The notes under the pieces are model-generated. The model was given only the letters and a program-made list of their open reading frames with translations, was not told the origin of the DNA and ran no database searches. A stretch of 61,807 nucleotides of DNA, the filler included, from Choristocarpus tenellus KU-1152 (taxonomy: Eukaryota > Protista > Phaeophyceae), in NCBI GenBank assembly GCA_964200185.2. It is 8 parts of 8 records of this genome, joined end to end, with 100 filler letters (N's around TTAATTAATTAA, not from the genome) between each part and the next. Parts side by side here need not be neighbours in the genome. Positions count along the whole stretch, not along the records: positions 39,144 to 58,818 come from CAXNAD020000455.1; 7 more parts are not named here. One strand, 5' to 3'. Positions 39,579 to 53,100 of the stretch are shown piece by piece; position 1 is the first letter of the stretch, and each line of letters opens with the position of its first letter. Position numbers and translations under genes: made by a program.

Positions 39579-41027
39579 AATACCCATAAACAACAAAATG
39601 ACAAGAAGCTGCTATTGGTAGAGGCTCGTGGGGGGTGGGGGACAAGTGAGGCAATAAATTTAACTCCGCTCTCTTATTTGTTTGATGCAAATGCACGCCA
39701 TAGACTGTGCCATAGACCACTTCTGACCAATCAATAAAGAACCACACATCTATCACTGTATCAGAAGTGCATCGTATATATTTTTTTGATGTTATATCAT
39801 TACTAACATGTCCAGGCAGGAAGAGGAGTTTTCTAATCCGAAAACAGAGGAGCAGAACAGACACCAACTAACTTCTGTCTCTGAAGTGCAAACTGCGCTA
39901 TGGGATAACTCCTGCACTATTCGACATCCCTTACTGAACCCTTGGATTGGTGCATTGAGCGCCTATACTATGGGGCAACCACTAATTAAAAAAAAAAATG
40001 TCTGCAATTTCCCCACATTGAAAGTTTCCTGAATGGACCTAACAGATCACATAATTTTTTTCCTCTTCACTCTTTGTCTGCTATTTGTCACAAACTTAAT
40101 TTCAACTGAGTGAAGGCAACCGAATGTTCCCTCCCCCCTCCCCCCCCCAAGGTTTTTGAGGGACAGGGATGTCTCACAACAACTGCAACTATCTACAGCA
40201 TTCGCTTCCATGCTTTTTTTTAACATCCATCCGTACACATCATAGCAACACCTCCTCCTGGAATAATTTTCGGAAGGATCTGTTCTAGGCAGAGTACTGT
40301 TCTCTCCCAAATATACAATTGCGACTCGACTACTGTCTACACTGTGCCATACACATCCCTTGACTTCGTGGTATTCAAAAATCAATTGATGGGGGGGAAT
40401 GTAAAAAAGGGACCTTTTTTTTTTTTCTTATTGTGGGGGGGGGGACCAAAACGGTCGTCTTTGCCATTTTAAGAACGGGCCGCTAACGCTCTACTACTAC
40501 GGTGTGTTCAGGGTTTTCAAACAGGGCGGTTTTTCAGGCAGGTTGCCGACCAAACCCGGAAAAGCTGTTTAGAGCTCTTCTGACTGAAAAACACCCGAGG
40601 TTGACGTAGCGATGAGGCGTTTGTAACTCTTACTGTCAACATTTTCTTGTGTCCTTACAATACGATCTTACGATACTATACTCCCAGAGCTACACTGCAA
40701 CCCTATCTTTTTAGATCCCCGCTTCTACTGCTGTTGAGGGATCATCTGCCCTACGGGTTGAAGTTCAGCACAGGTGATACTTACATACATGTACATAACT
40801 CCGTACATGGAGTAAGGTATCCTGTATGGCAAGCAACTGTAATTCTAAAAAAACCCCATTGCAACAAGCGCCTCCAACGGCAAGGCATTTGCTGAGACGT
40901 TGAGACAGCAGCCGCGGCGGAATACGACAACATGTAGAGGTAAGCACCATACCATCAAGAAAACAGAGGAAAACCCAACAGATTGGAGTACCATGAATGA
41001 AAAAGGCGTGACACACTACAGACTCAC

Positions 41028-43458
41028 TTGACCGAGGGTCCGTTTGGAGTCTTCCCTGCCCAGAGGTAAAGGTCCATTTTTTTCCTGCACTCTAGGAACA
41101 GGCAAGAGTTGCAGCTCTTGACCTCGGCAATCTCGTTCACGGCACTTGCCAGGCTCTCCTTTCGACCCACATCCAGTTTTACGTCCTGCAATTGGTGGTT
41201 GGGTTAGGTGAGTGGGGAAGTAGTAGTGGGTGTTTTGGAGGGAATGTGGAGGGAGAGGGGGGGGGGGCTAGAAAAAATATCTAGGAAATGATAGCAGGTG
41301 GATCGTGCTATTCAATGAGAATTTGGCAACTGTGGCAATATTGCGTTGACCCTCTTTTTTCTCATTTTTCCTTATGAAAAAAATTGCATTGTATTTTAGT
41401 TGAAGTAACACAGAGGGGGTGCCACTGAGTTTGAAGTGGTACAAGTTTTTGGACCACATGGTCCATAGATGTGGAGTGCTTTTGGATATACTTTGTGAGT
41501 AGTTTCCGTGTGCTGAAGCTAGTTATCCCCATTGATACTCTTTTTCTTGAACAAATTTGAAAAAGCTGTTAAAAATAAAAGTTGAAACCCCCCCTCCTCC
41601 CTCTTGGTTACTCTTGACTCTATTGCCTCGATCATGAATCCTTTTAGGGGGGATTACAATTCAATTCAGGAAATGGGAAAAATGAGATAGGATAGGGTAA
41701 CATGGACTATGCAACAGGGTCAGGAGTGAAAGCGGGAAGGATGCAGGATGAAGATTGTGTGAAACACACTCTATCTACAATCAATTATCAGAGTAATGAT
41801 TAGAGCTCTGCTGTTACAACACAACATGCACAACAACTGTCCCCCCCTATGCAGCGACGCCTTTGACAATACAAGTGTGATTTTACTACCCCAACAAGGT
41901 ACCCTCCCTGCCTTGAAGATTCAGCACATTGGGCAGTCACCATTGATTCTTATGCAAGTAAAAAATATCCTTCCCTTCCTCTTTTCTTCAACTCCCTTTG
42001 CTCTGAATAGCATTACCTTCTTGTGGTGTGGGATGAGCTTCCGCAAGTCCTCCAGGAGATGGCGATATCTGGAGGTGATCCCTCGAGAAGAGAACAGCAA
42101 CACCCGCTGCTTGTTTCTGTATGTCCCATCCGAAACAAACACTGGCGGCATGTCTGTTGTTGCCAAACCCTCCTCATTATCTCCTGCCCCCTCTCCAGCC
42201 TCCCCACCAGCAGGCTCTGTCACTGTGGGAGGGTCGACGACAGGCTTTCGACCTCGCTTTAGGCGCTTACGGTAGTCACGGATGTCTCCATCTCCATCAC
42301 TGTCATCATGTTCACCTAAGCTCCGCACATGCAAGCATATAGCAAGAGTGTAGTGAACGGAAGGAAATGAGTTTAGGGTTGTGGTATGGAGTTTGGGGGG
42401 CTCAGTAATGGCACTCATAAACGTTAGGCTCCTCTATGAAGGTACAGTTGACACGATAATAAAATGGTGGACCCACGTGCACCCTCAACATTTAGGTTCT
42501 GTCTGTCGAGGTTGTCAAGACAATTGAAATTGTGAGTTGTTCAGCTCTATCCCTAGAGTTTCACATTCAATCCAAAAATAATTGAGGTAACTTCAGGTAC
42601 AGAATTGAATCGAAACAATGATGTTCAAGACAACGTTGACTTCACCAAAATAAGTGGAAATGATGTAGAGGAGACGAATCAGATTCAGGCAGATATTTGT
42701 CCTTGGTGCCACGAAACGAATTATTCACTTGATTCGATTTTAAAAAGCGGATGGGAATGCGACCCTGTCGAGCATGGCAAAAGATAATGACAAAGGTGGT
42801 GTGTTCCAAGACCTGGTGGGTCAACCTGCTACATCGACATGGATACCATAAGAATCTTCTACTGTTAGTCGGAGCGCCAACATCGTTGCCAACCTACGAT
42901 ATGACATTATGCTATCAACAGACCAATAATGTCTGTCCCTTGGGCGAGGAATTGGAGATTGTACATCCTATCACCTAGTTTTCCATCATGCAGGTAGTGT
43001 TGACTTAGGAGGCTTTCAAAATCAGGTGTTTGAGTTGAATAAGGAGACTTGACGGAGTGAAAAACGGTGGGTTGGCTGACCTTACCTGGCATAGGGCTCA
43101 AACGTAAACTCCGTATGACGTGGGATTACAGAAAGTAGTATCATGAACCTCTCAAGGGAAAATAAATCTGAACGAGTGGTAAGGTATGGATCGTGAGAAA
43201 GATAATTTCGGATGCGAATCTTGCTAGTTAATATTTCCAGATCCCTCACCCTTGCATCGTACCTTCAGAATCATCATCCTCATCCATGTCATCGCTTTCA
43301 GGATCACCCATACTGTCGTTTTCCTCCTCATCCTCGACATCATCCTCCTCATCATCCACGGTCTCGTTCACCTCTGCTGCGAATGGCACATCCTCTCCCA
43401 CTTCCTTCTTTGCCAGCCTCATGCGTTTCCTCGAAGATCCTGCCGATCCTCCAGTCAT
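41028..43458 (-). CDS. BRX1: Ribosome biogenesis protein BRX1 (Brix domain), 5' part
   Basis: Exons 43263-43458, 42017-42315, 41028-41185: acidic N-terminus, then YRNKQRVLLFSSRGITSRYRHLLEDLRKLIPHHKK|DVKLD...NEIAEVKSCNSCLFLECRKKMDLYLWAGKTPNGPSVK. Remaining exons not found before the contig end. Confidence 0.93.
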
Positions 43459-44121
43459 ATCTAGGTGATAGTGTGAAGGGCCAGAGTACTCCGACAAAGG
43501 GATGTGTAATGGAGGCCACCAAACCAAATACAACTATAATAGTCAATATTATCCTCACCTGCCCGAGGCATGTTTAGGGTCACTATCTACACCTTTAACT
43601 GTAAAGTATTATGCTACTGGTACAACTATTGTCTCAAATCTTCAAAGACATGGGTTTTCTCCAACTTTAAGGATGGTCTAGAGTTTTGAGGCCAAACCCT
43701 CAGATTCTTGTCCTAGGTTGAATGCTAGTGTTGGGGTTCGTGGAGACATGGACAGTACTCAAGTATAGGAGTCTAACTTTGAGCGAGATCAAAAGCAAGA
43801 GGTGATCGAAGACCTGCAATATGGTTTCGCTTGGGTCCTGTCAAGAGAATTCCCACCCTCCCTATCTTCATGGTTGTGCACACATTATCATTTGATCATA
43901 TTTGGAATTTTGTTTCGAGAGTTCTCATTGAAAGTGTAGTCGATCATCTTACCCCATGTTTATCTCTTGTTGATCCTGTGAATTTGGATTGTTTGCCCTT
44001 AAGTCCTATAGTAACCAGTGGTCGCCATCAACTCAAAGAAGGATCAGAGGTCAGATGATCGAGCAGTGAAGGAATAGGTTCATTGGAGGGAGAATAAGAG
44101 GATACTAGTATTCTACAACTC
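43459..44121. promoter_or_regulatory. Probable bidirectional promoter BRX1/AlkB
   Basis: About 660 bp between divergent ATGs. Confidence 0.4.
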
Positions 44122-47100
44122 ATGCCGTCACCACCAAAACTGATTGGTCGAACAAGAGAGGGCGGTGATGGTTCCCCAACCTTGCAAAAGAAGAGGAGAA
44201 CAGCTTCAACACCTTCTTGCGAGGTCGAACGCAATTTGGATGTGGGATTAGCGATGGTAAATGCTGAGGAAGACAACATATGTCGGGGTGTACGGCTGCA
44301 GAAGGGTGTCGTGATCCTCAAGGGGTTCCTCACAACAGAGGAGCAGCAACTGTTGGCGGTGAGACCAATCGTCGATGTTTTGTGGTTTTTCTTGGTTGCG
44401 TGTACACATGCTTCGTCCAGGATCCAGGGAGGTGTCCACGTGCAGTTGCAGCTGTGCAAGGTTAAGCAGTCAATGTGTGGAGACCGTCTCTCTTCAGCCT
44501 TCCTCGTCTCTCTGCCCCCACCACCTTGCTGCATGTTGTATCCACCCTCTGCGTCTCCTGAGGGTAGTGCACTGTCATGGAATCCCCTTATTACGTGTCT
44601 TTCTACTGCGCAATCAATGCTGCACTGTACAAATAACCCTATTTCTCCTCCCATCGATCCCCCCAAGTACAGGGTCAGGTCCACAGCCTGGGTCAGCGTC
44701 AGCCTGGAGGTTTCTACCCTTGCCACAATGAGAAGACCAAGAGGATGCGAATGGTAATTACATTTTGGTGTATGTTTGATAGTGAATCCAAGGTTTGAAA
44801 TGGTGTGTATTTCATTACAGGGTGGTGAGCTTGTAACCAGGACCGATAACACTGTATGTGGAGACCTTAGTAAACACCAAAAACGTCTTGATTTCCATGG
44901 AGGGAGTGTTGGATTGTTGGTTTGAAACTGAACTGCATACTGGTCCTCCCTTCAAAGAGTCGGTGTCAAATCCCTTGGTCTTCCTTTTTTTTTCTTTCTT
45001 GTTTTCACAGATTCACGTGCACATATCCAAGTGCACATATGAACGCACTAGGGCTTGTAACACGTAACCCGTATCCGTGGTTCAACCCAATACAGTTGCC
45101 ATTACTGTTCTTACTACCCAGTACGTACTCTGAAAAGGTGATTGTGACTCGTACTCACTATGCACTAGCGTAGTGTAGTAACAATTGTAGGGATACCTTC
45201 TGTCACCGCTGACTCTCCTTAAGTTGGAGGATTTTACAGTGCAGTACCAATTTGTGCTTTGGGTCATTGTATGTCCAGAGGCACCAAGTGAATGCAGTGG
45301 GTGTTACCTGTAATCTTTGCTGCAACCAAACCATTGTGTGCACATCTGTGTGAATGGACGGGTTTAGACTCTTGGGCATGCCTGTTTGCGTAGTAGCACA
45401 CCAGCATTTATTTTGGCTTTCTTTATTTTGGGTGTCCAGAATGAATAAGCATATCTCTGTGAAGTAGGTAGGGGGGCCTACCAACCCTTGTGGTTCATAT
45501 CTGGTTGACTTCTTGTGACAGTAGTGTACAACAAAAGCCCCTTCCTCCACTACATACTCTTCCTGGAAATCCAACTGCTCTGGAGTTTAATTTCAACCTG
45601 CTGTTCTGGGCAGTGCTCAAGTGTTTTTTCAGTTTGAACAGAACATATCCCTCTCTGATCTGCTCTGAAATTTCTTTCCCACAAAAAGATGAACCTGGGA
45701 CTGAGGACAGATGGGGGGGAGCATGTCTTACCTATTCCTCAAGGGTGGAAGGATTTTGCTTTGAGGGTGAGAAGCATTCTATGTGTATATGTGCAAGGAT
45801 GTAGGAGCACTGAATGAATGAATGAATGACTTTGTTGATTTTTTATTATGGTTGCAGTTTATTAGTAGAAAGTTGAAAGCCAAGGACTCTTTCGACATGG
45901 TGTTGTTATCATATTTTGTGCAATAGAGACTCTGATACTGTGCTTGTTGTGCACGTTTTTTTTCTCCTACATGTTTCTTCTTTTTGCCTTATAACACATG
46001 GAATAATTTCAGTGGGCAGCAATATATTATTAGCATTAAATACTCCATAATACTCGAGTATATTATTTATAGTTCTGTGTATGCTAGTTTGTAGCAAGGA
46101 CAAATGACTCTGATATTGATGTGATATTTAAACCATTCTGAGCAACTATGTAGATACAGGTGAAAGATGCTAGCCAAAAACTCTTGTCAAGTGTGAGCTA
46201 TTAATAGTACAACCTTGATTTGAACAGCTTCTACCATCTGATGAATCAGTGTGTAGGTGATAATTTCCCAGTTCCTCTATGTACAATGAACTTGCTGGGT
46301 CAGGCGTTGCAATGACTTCCATTCAATAGTACTACACAGAAAATGTAGTATAGTCATGCTTGATACCTGCAATTTAAAAGTAAAAAATGTGAGCTTTAAT
46401 TCTTCGATACAGATAATATTTGTAGTATAATTACCACTTGGTGATTGTAACGTATCTGTAAGGTAAAGTACCGCCAGTTCTACATTTTGCATATTCCCAA
46501 ACTTGTTCGGTGCAGGTGGGGAAGGAAGATGTATCATAAGAGCTGTTTCAACACTCAGGCAATACCATAACCCTTGTGCCCGCTCATGTGTCTTCTTTGA
46601 TGGCCTTCCAGCACTGCGATATTTCCGAGCTTGTCATGTCCTCTCATAATCTGCAAGCATGTATTTTGAACCTATCCAGTTCAACCATTCGACTGAAATG
46701 GTAAATTAAGGGAATAGAATTATGTGGATGGAAAACAATATTATGTTGGGACTTCCAACATGCTGTAGAGTGTGTTATGGTGTGTGCTTGGAAATTTGAA
46801 AGAGAAAAATATTAATAATACAGATCGCAAAGAGACTATGAGTGAAACGTGAAGACTACGACCTCTGAATACCTAAATGAGAAAATGAACACAAATAGCG
46901 GAAGTGAAAAAACGAGATTCACAATCCTCCACACCTACTAAATAGTTTGATGTGGCATTGTAATGGTTGGACTGTTGAAGTGATTGAGCATCTTGGGGAC
47001 AGTGCAAAAGAATTAGACTTAAGAAGTATAATTCATAAACGAAAGAAGAAATTTTTTTGGACATGTGAATATTTTGTCGCATGCTCCAACCTTGGGCGGT

Positions 47101-50100
47101 TTCCATGTAGGTGGTGGGTGCTCCAATTTAGACAGAAGATGTTCGATGTGGTCTCCTAACTTGAGCATTACTTGCTTCATCTCCGAGATGGTGCTGCCAT
47201 TGTTGCATGTGATACCCAGGTCATCAAAGTACACAAAAGGGAGATTGCTGCTTATTCCCCCTACATGTCCACCTAAGCTTCAGTGTTACTTGGTGCGGTC
47301 CCGCATCCCCTCCTCCAGGTGTGCAATACTTCAAGATGGGTGATGATAGTTGATTTTTTTGGGGTGAGCCTGGTCATTCCTGGCCCATTCACCGGATGGC
47401 CAAGTGATGATACCACAACATGACAATGTAGGGTGACTGCTGGAGAATGGAATGGACAATGGTGAACAGGAGATAGGTTACAATAATGGTGCTGGGTGTA
47501 GTTGTCCTCCTTGTAACTGAGCTGACCAAGAGTGATCACATCTTCCAGTGGGAAATAGGTTGCAGTATGGGAGGGACTCCATTCCAGGAAACAAGAATTC
47601 AGCGGAGGTCATCAGCTGTGATGCCGGGGGAGCACCTTGAGGGTGTGAGGGTGACTCCAACCCCAGTAAATGGAAGATTGGAAGCAGCAGTTTCTTTCCC
47701 ATTGTTGCACTTAACAATGCTGTGTGGTAGTCTGTCGTCAGGCATAGGGGTTCAACTCAATGTAATGTAGAGGTGATTTTCATGTGTTGCCAAAGTAGAC
47801 CTCAGGAGTGAGAGCAAAGTCTTGTTTGGTAGCCATGCAGGACCATCCCCTGAGAAGGTTGAAGTCGAAGGTTTTGGTCCATTATGAAGTCGATGATGCG
47901 GTCAAGCTGGAGCTGTAGAGGTTGCCAGAGCAAAGGATGTTCCCATCCATGGCATTGTTGAATGTAATGGTTGAGCCTCACCACCCAATGAAACCTGAGA
48001 GATTGAGACCCAGCAGTCACTTGATGGACGCTGTGTTGGTGCTGTTTTTCAGTCCAGAGATCCTGATCGTGTACATCAGCATCATCAGATTGTCACAATG
48101 TCAGAATAGTATCCATCAAGTGACCACCGGGTCATACGCTCTCAGGTTTCATTAGGATATGAGGCTCAACTATCACATTCAATGCCAGACACCAGCTTGG
48201 CCGCATGGTTGAGTTCATTACAGACCAGAACCATCTATTTCCTAGATTTCTAAAAACATGGCACGGGCAAACTTGGTACCTATAATGTATATCAAACTAT
48301 TGCTGGTACTACTCTCACATAGACATCGTCTGTAGTGTAAGTCCACTTGTTACCTATTACATAAGCCAGACTACCACTGGTACTACTATTATCGTGCAGA
48401 CATAGTTGTAGTGCAAGCACCACTTGATATGTTTATCATAGGTTAAACCACTGCTGGTCTACTCTTATGGTGTAGTAATAGATAATTTGTACCTTAAGAG
48501 CTGCTTCTTGTCCGTAACTTGTAGTCATACTACCGCAGGTACTTCTAACGTTGTACAGACAACATTGTAGTGTAGGCACTGTTTGATTGGTACCTGCGAT
48601 ATATATTCAAACTACGAGTGGTACTACTCTGGTACACGGAAGGACTTAAAATTTTCCTGATTTACTGTCTTCCGTCATCTGAAGGGGTGTGACAGTCAGA
48701 TCGCGCAGGGTAAGTAAATGCATGAGCCTTATATGATATCGCAAGGGGCAATGCGACTGCGATGTCCCGTCGGTACACTATAAATCCTTCTACAAATGAG
48801 CAGGTCACTCTTGCCTTGTTGTGGGATCTGTTGAAGCATGAAAGGGTGAAGGTCAAGTGGTGGATTAAGCCAGTTCTCTCAGACCAGCAGAAAGTCAATA
48901 GGGTGGGTTTTGTCATCAGCCACACGCACAGGAGGGGGGAAAGTGGAGTATTAGTGGACAATCTATATGACTGGGTGCATATGGACAAGAAGTGGTTTTA
49001 CATCCTCAAAGATCGGCAAGGTGTTTACCTGCACCCCACTGAGGACCCCCCAACCCCCCATGGGCACAGAATGAGCATTACATTATGATGGCGATGTTCC
49101 TTGCAGCTGTGGCCTGCCCTAGGGAGCTTTCCAACGGGGTGTGGTTCAATGGAAAAATCGGGATCTGGTCAATGGTGAACACTTTGGTCGCTCAGTGCTC
49201 CAGCAAACACCGCCCCAAGAGCACCAAGGTGCTTGTGCTAGCTACAGTGGACGGGGAGAGGTATAAGAAGCTCATGATCGAGGATGTCATCCCAGCAATC
49301 AAGGGCCACATACTTAGTACGGAAGGACATACCATTTTCGTGCAGCAGATGGGGCAAAACCACGTAAGGGGGGGATCATGGAGGCATTTGAGGAGGTGGT
49401 GGGGGACAACATCGTCATAAAGACCCAGCCAGTCAACTCACCTGACCTCAACGTGGACGACCTGGGACTCTTTCATTCCATCCAGCAACTGAAGGAAGAC
49501 GTTGGGGTGACCAACGGAGCTGGTGGAGGCCACAATGGAGGCGTTCAATGTGTACCCCTGGGAGACACTAGAGCACATCTGGCAGAGCCTCTTCACAGTC
49601 TACGATGAAGTGCTGGGGACCAATAGTGAGAACTTCTTCAACGCTCTCCATCTTAGCAATGAAAAGGCTGAGAAGGCAGGCAGGATCTCCTCGAATGCCC
49701 CAATGGATGTAGCGAAATACTGTGCTGGAATGGAGTTTTGGAGGGCTTCGGCGGCAGAACCATAGGTGTAGGCTGCCCCATTTTGCTTGAGATTTTGGTG
49801 GGTAACCTTTTAGTGTCTGCACAATAAACCCCAAAAATATGCACATGTGAAAAAAATTGTTGCTTTTTCATTGGGGTTGCCCAAGTTATGTTACATTGAA
49901 TTTGAATGGAGAAAGTAGATGATACTGTAGTTCAAGTACCACTTGATATCCGTAACTTGTTGTAATACTACTGCTAATACTACTCTTGTACGGACAATAT
50001 TTGTACTGTAATCGCTGCTTGGTACTTGCAACATAAAGGAAAATCATATGACCGCTGGTACTGCTCTGGTTGTACTCCCACTGTTCCATAAGATTGCGGG

Positions 50101-53100
50101 ATTATGCTCAGAGCTGCAAATCTCAAGATCTAGAACGACTCAGAACATAATCAACAGCTCATATGAAAGGGAAAAGTTTCTCCTACATGCCCATGCCTTA
50201 AATTTCAAAACTTGATTCCAGAACAGTTCTGAAAAGTAGAACCGAAAACCGGGTATTTTCGAACCTTTTCAGGTGGAAATTACTGACTCTTGAGGCACGA
50301 ACTACCACCCCCACCACCTCAAACAACAGGCACGCTATAATAGATATGGCAAGCCTCGTAGGTGTTAGTATTGAGCCCGGGAGTTGCACAGGTGACGTAC
50401 AGAAGTTCATCAGGTCGTGTAGAGAGCCCCACAACACTCAAAACGGGATGCCAACTGAGCGAGGGCAGTCGCTATGCCCTCGCTGTGAGGTACACCATGG
50501 ACCTCCCTCCGGTGTCAAAGTATCTACCCAAAGGCGTTGGCAGCGCCCTGATGGAGGAGTTCAAGGTTGCCAATAGTTATCCCAGGCACCTCTGGAAATG
50601 GGTCACCAAGCAGGTTGACCTGATAACAAGAAAAAGATCAGGTCAGCCCTCGGAATTTACCACATCAAAGATAACAAATATATGGGAAATCAGCATGGAG
50701 AACCGCACCTTGACTCTGTAACAGCTCTCCATCAAGCTTGACGAGATTGGTCTCAGTGTGGGTTCCACAACACTCTTCCTCTGGCTGGAGGATATGGGCG
50801 CAAGAATGGAACTTCGACAAGTTACCGCAAAGATTTTGTTCTCCCACCCAAAGGAACAGGTAGACTTCTGCCTGGGAAGGCATACAGGACCTGTGGCAAC
50901 ACTATCCACGTCGACGAAACTTGGCTCTATCTAATCCGTGACAGGCAGAAGGTTCGAATGTTCCCTGGTGAAGAAAAGGTGGCGTTGACCAAGGTCCAGC
51001 ACAAGAGCCACACCCCCAAGGTCATGTTCATCTCCACTGTTTCGCGCCCAGATCTATCCCGTAACTTTGACAGCAAGGTCAGGATCTGAGGATGTGCATA
51101 CTGAAGGAGGCCCAGTGGACCACAGCGAGACTCATGAGAGGCGTGGAGTACGAGTGCAATGTGACGATCAACCATGTATGGTACCAGAGGTGGTACATGG
51201 AGACTCTTCCGCCGATGATCAAGCAGAAGATGCCCTGGTTATGTCATGAGGACGCGATCATGCAGCAGAACAGTGCCACGCCCCACACTGACCACAACAC
51301 ACCGCGGAAGCTCAAGGAGGCAGGTAGGGAGGGGGGATGGAATATGAACCTTGTGATGCAGCCAGTGCAATCGCCACACCTGAATGTAAACGATATGGGG
51401 TTTTTTGAGTTCCTCAAAAGTAGAGTCTGGAAGGAAGGTTACGACACAATTGGCGAGATGGTTGGGGGCATTTCGGTGCTGTACGATGAGTATGACAGTG
51501 AGATGCTTGAGAGGGTGCAGGGCCCTTTTCAAGAGGTACATGCAAGTACTCAAAGCTTGGGGTTGTAACAATTTTGAGGTCGGGCACACAGGAAGTGAGC
51601 ACAGGTAGAAAAGACACTTATGAGGCGGCGCTTGCTTGGCGGATTGATGCAGAGGAGGACAGTACTGACGATTGATTCTAATCCAGAAAAAGTAGAGGAA
51701 TCGAGTGCAACAATCTGTTTTGCAATCGGAGTTGATTTCGAAGAGTTACACATATAATCCCGCAAACTTATGGAACAGAGGGAGTACAACATTTCTATGG
51801 TTATAGCCTATTGGTACCTAAAACAAAAGCACTACTTATTGGTACACTGTTACCTGCAACATACATACTACTCCAGGATTGCTCTAGTACAATATTTGTA
51901 CTGTAACTTCCACTTGGTACCTGTAATGTGAAGAAAGTCATACTACCGCCGGTTCTACTCTGGTACAGATATCATAGCTACTCCCTCCTGGCCAAAATGT
52001 AGTTTAGATTTGTATTGATAGGAATATAGTTTAGGTTTGGGGCAGTATGCACTTTGGCCCCTTAACTACACCTTGTGGATAGGATATGCTTTGCTGCCAC
52101 TGATGTAGTACTTTTGAGTGTCCCTACACATGAAATATTCATTCAAGTGAGTGAATGAGTTATGCCATATAATGCCCAAATCTGAAGTATATTTTTGTCC
52201 CGGAGGAAGTGATATGATAACCTGTTGGTACCTAGAATAAAAAGGTAAATCAAACTGTGGCTGGTACTATTCTGGTACAGCCAGCATTTGTAATATACGA
52301 ACTACATACAGCCAATACCACTTGTATGGCGCAGGCAACATTGTAATGTAAGTACCTGTAACATAACTTAATTTTCCGCCAGATCTACAATTATAATACA
52401 GACCACATTGTAGTACTTCTATTAGTATATTCAAGCTTGAGGACACACAACCTAAAGTGTTTAGCAAGCCGTCCTCCATATCTATCTCTGTGGCTGTCCC
52501 CTACTTCAATCCTATCTACAAAGAAATGTGATACTCCTATGACAGGACATGGGTACTAAATGTCATTCCATTTTTTTGGAAATCCTTTCTTTCTCTTTTT
52601 TGACTTATTTTTTCATTCAGATGTGTGACTGCTCACGAAAGGTACAGTGAACAACACACTACCCATGATATGCTATTGTTGCTACCATTTTTGTCATGGT
52701 GATAATTTTGTTGTTATTGCGACTATATTATTGTATTGTTTATATTGTTACGATATCCGTTGTTGTTCTAGGTATGTTTCTAGCATTGTAGGGGGGTGGG
52801 TACGTAGTACCAATTTATGCTTTAAAAAAGTATGGAGCTCAAGAGTGTTGACGATCTCATGCTCTAGGTGATGTTGCACAATGTGAGATGCTACAGTGCA
52901 TTCTTCAACTCGATCCGTGTTTGCATTAATGAGTGAAAGTATCTTAGAGGGTACGAGTTTTGCCCTGCTTGTCCATTTGGGGCTTGGCTTCCCATGGGTT
53001 TTTGATGACAATTTACCTACTCCAAAATGTTTCAGAGTAGGTAAAATGTATACATTATGAAAAGGTGTGTCAGGAACAAGGATATTAACATCTCCTAACA

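Larger units (their letters stand above)
48270..52430. repeat. Degenerate ~75-bp tandem repeat interrupted by three mariner-family insertions
   Basis: CACTTGGTACC...ACTACCGCTGGTACTACTCT..TACAGAC..TGTAGTG-like units at 48270-48640, 49916-50072, 51787-51978 and 52220-52430. Confidence 0.7.

Noticed and set aside
48270-52430. Degenerate array beside transposases as a CRISPR/OMEGA (Fanzor/TnpB) locus
   Set aside because: Units diverge uniformly rather than as repeat-spacer. I saw no RuvC or zinc-finger motifs in or near the mariner copies, and the 1710-bp element has room only for the transposase.
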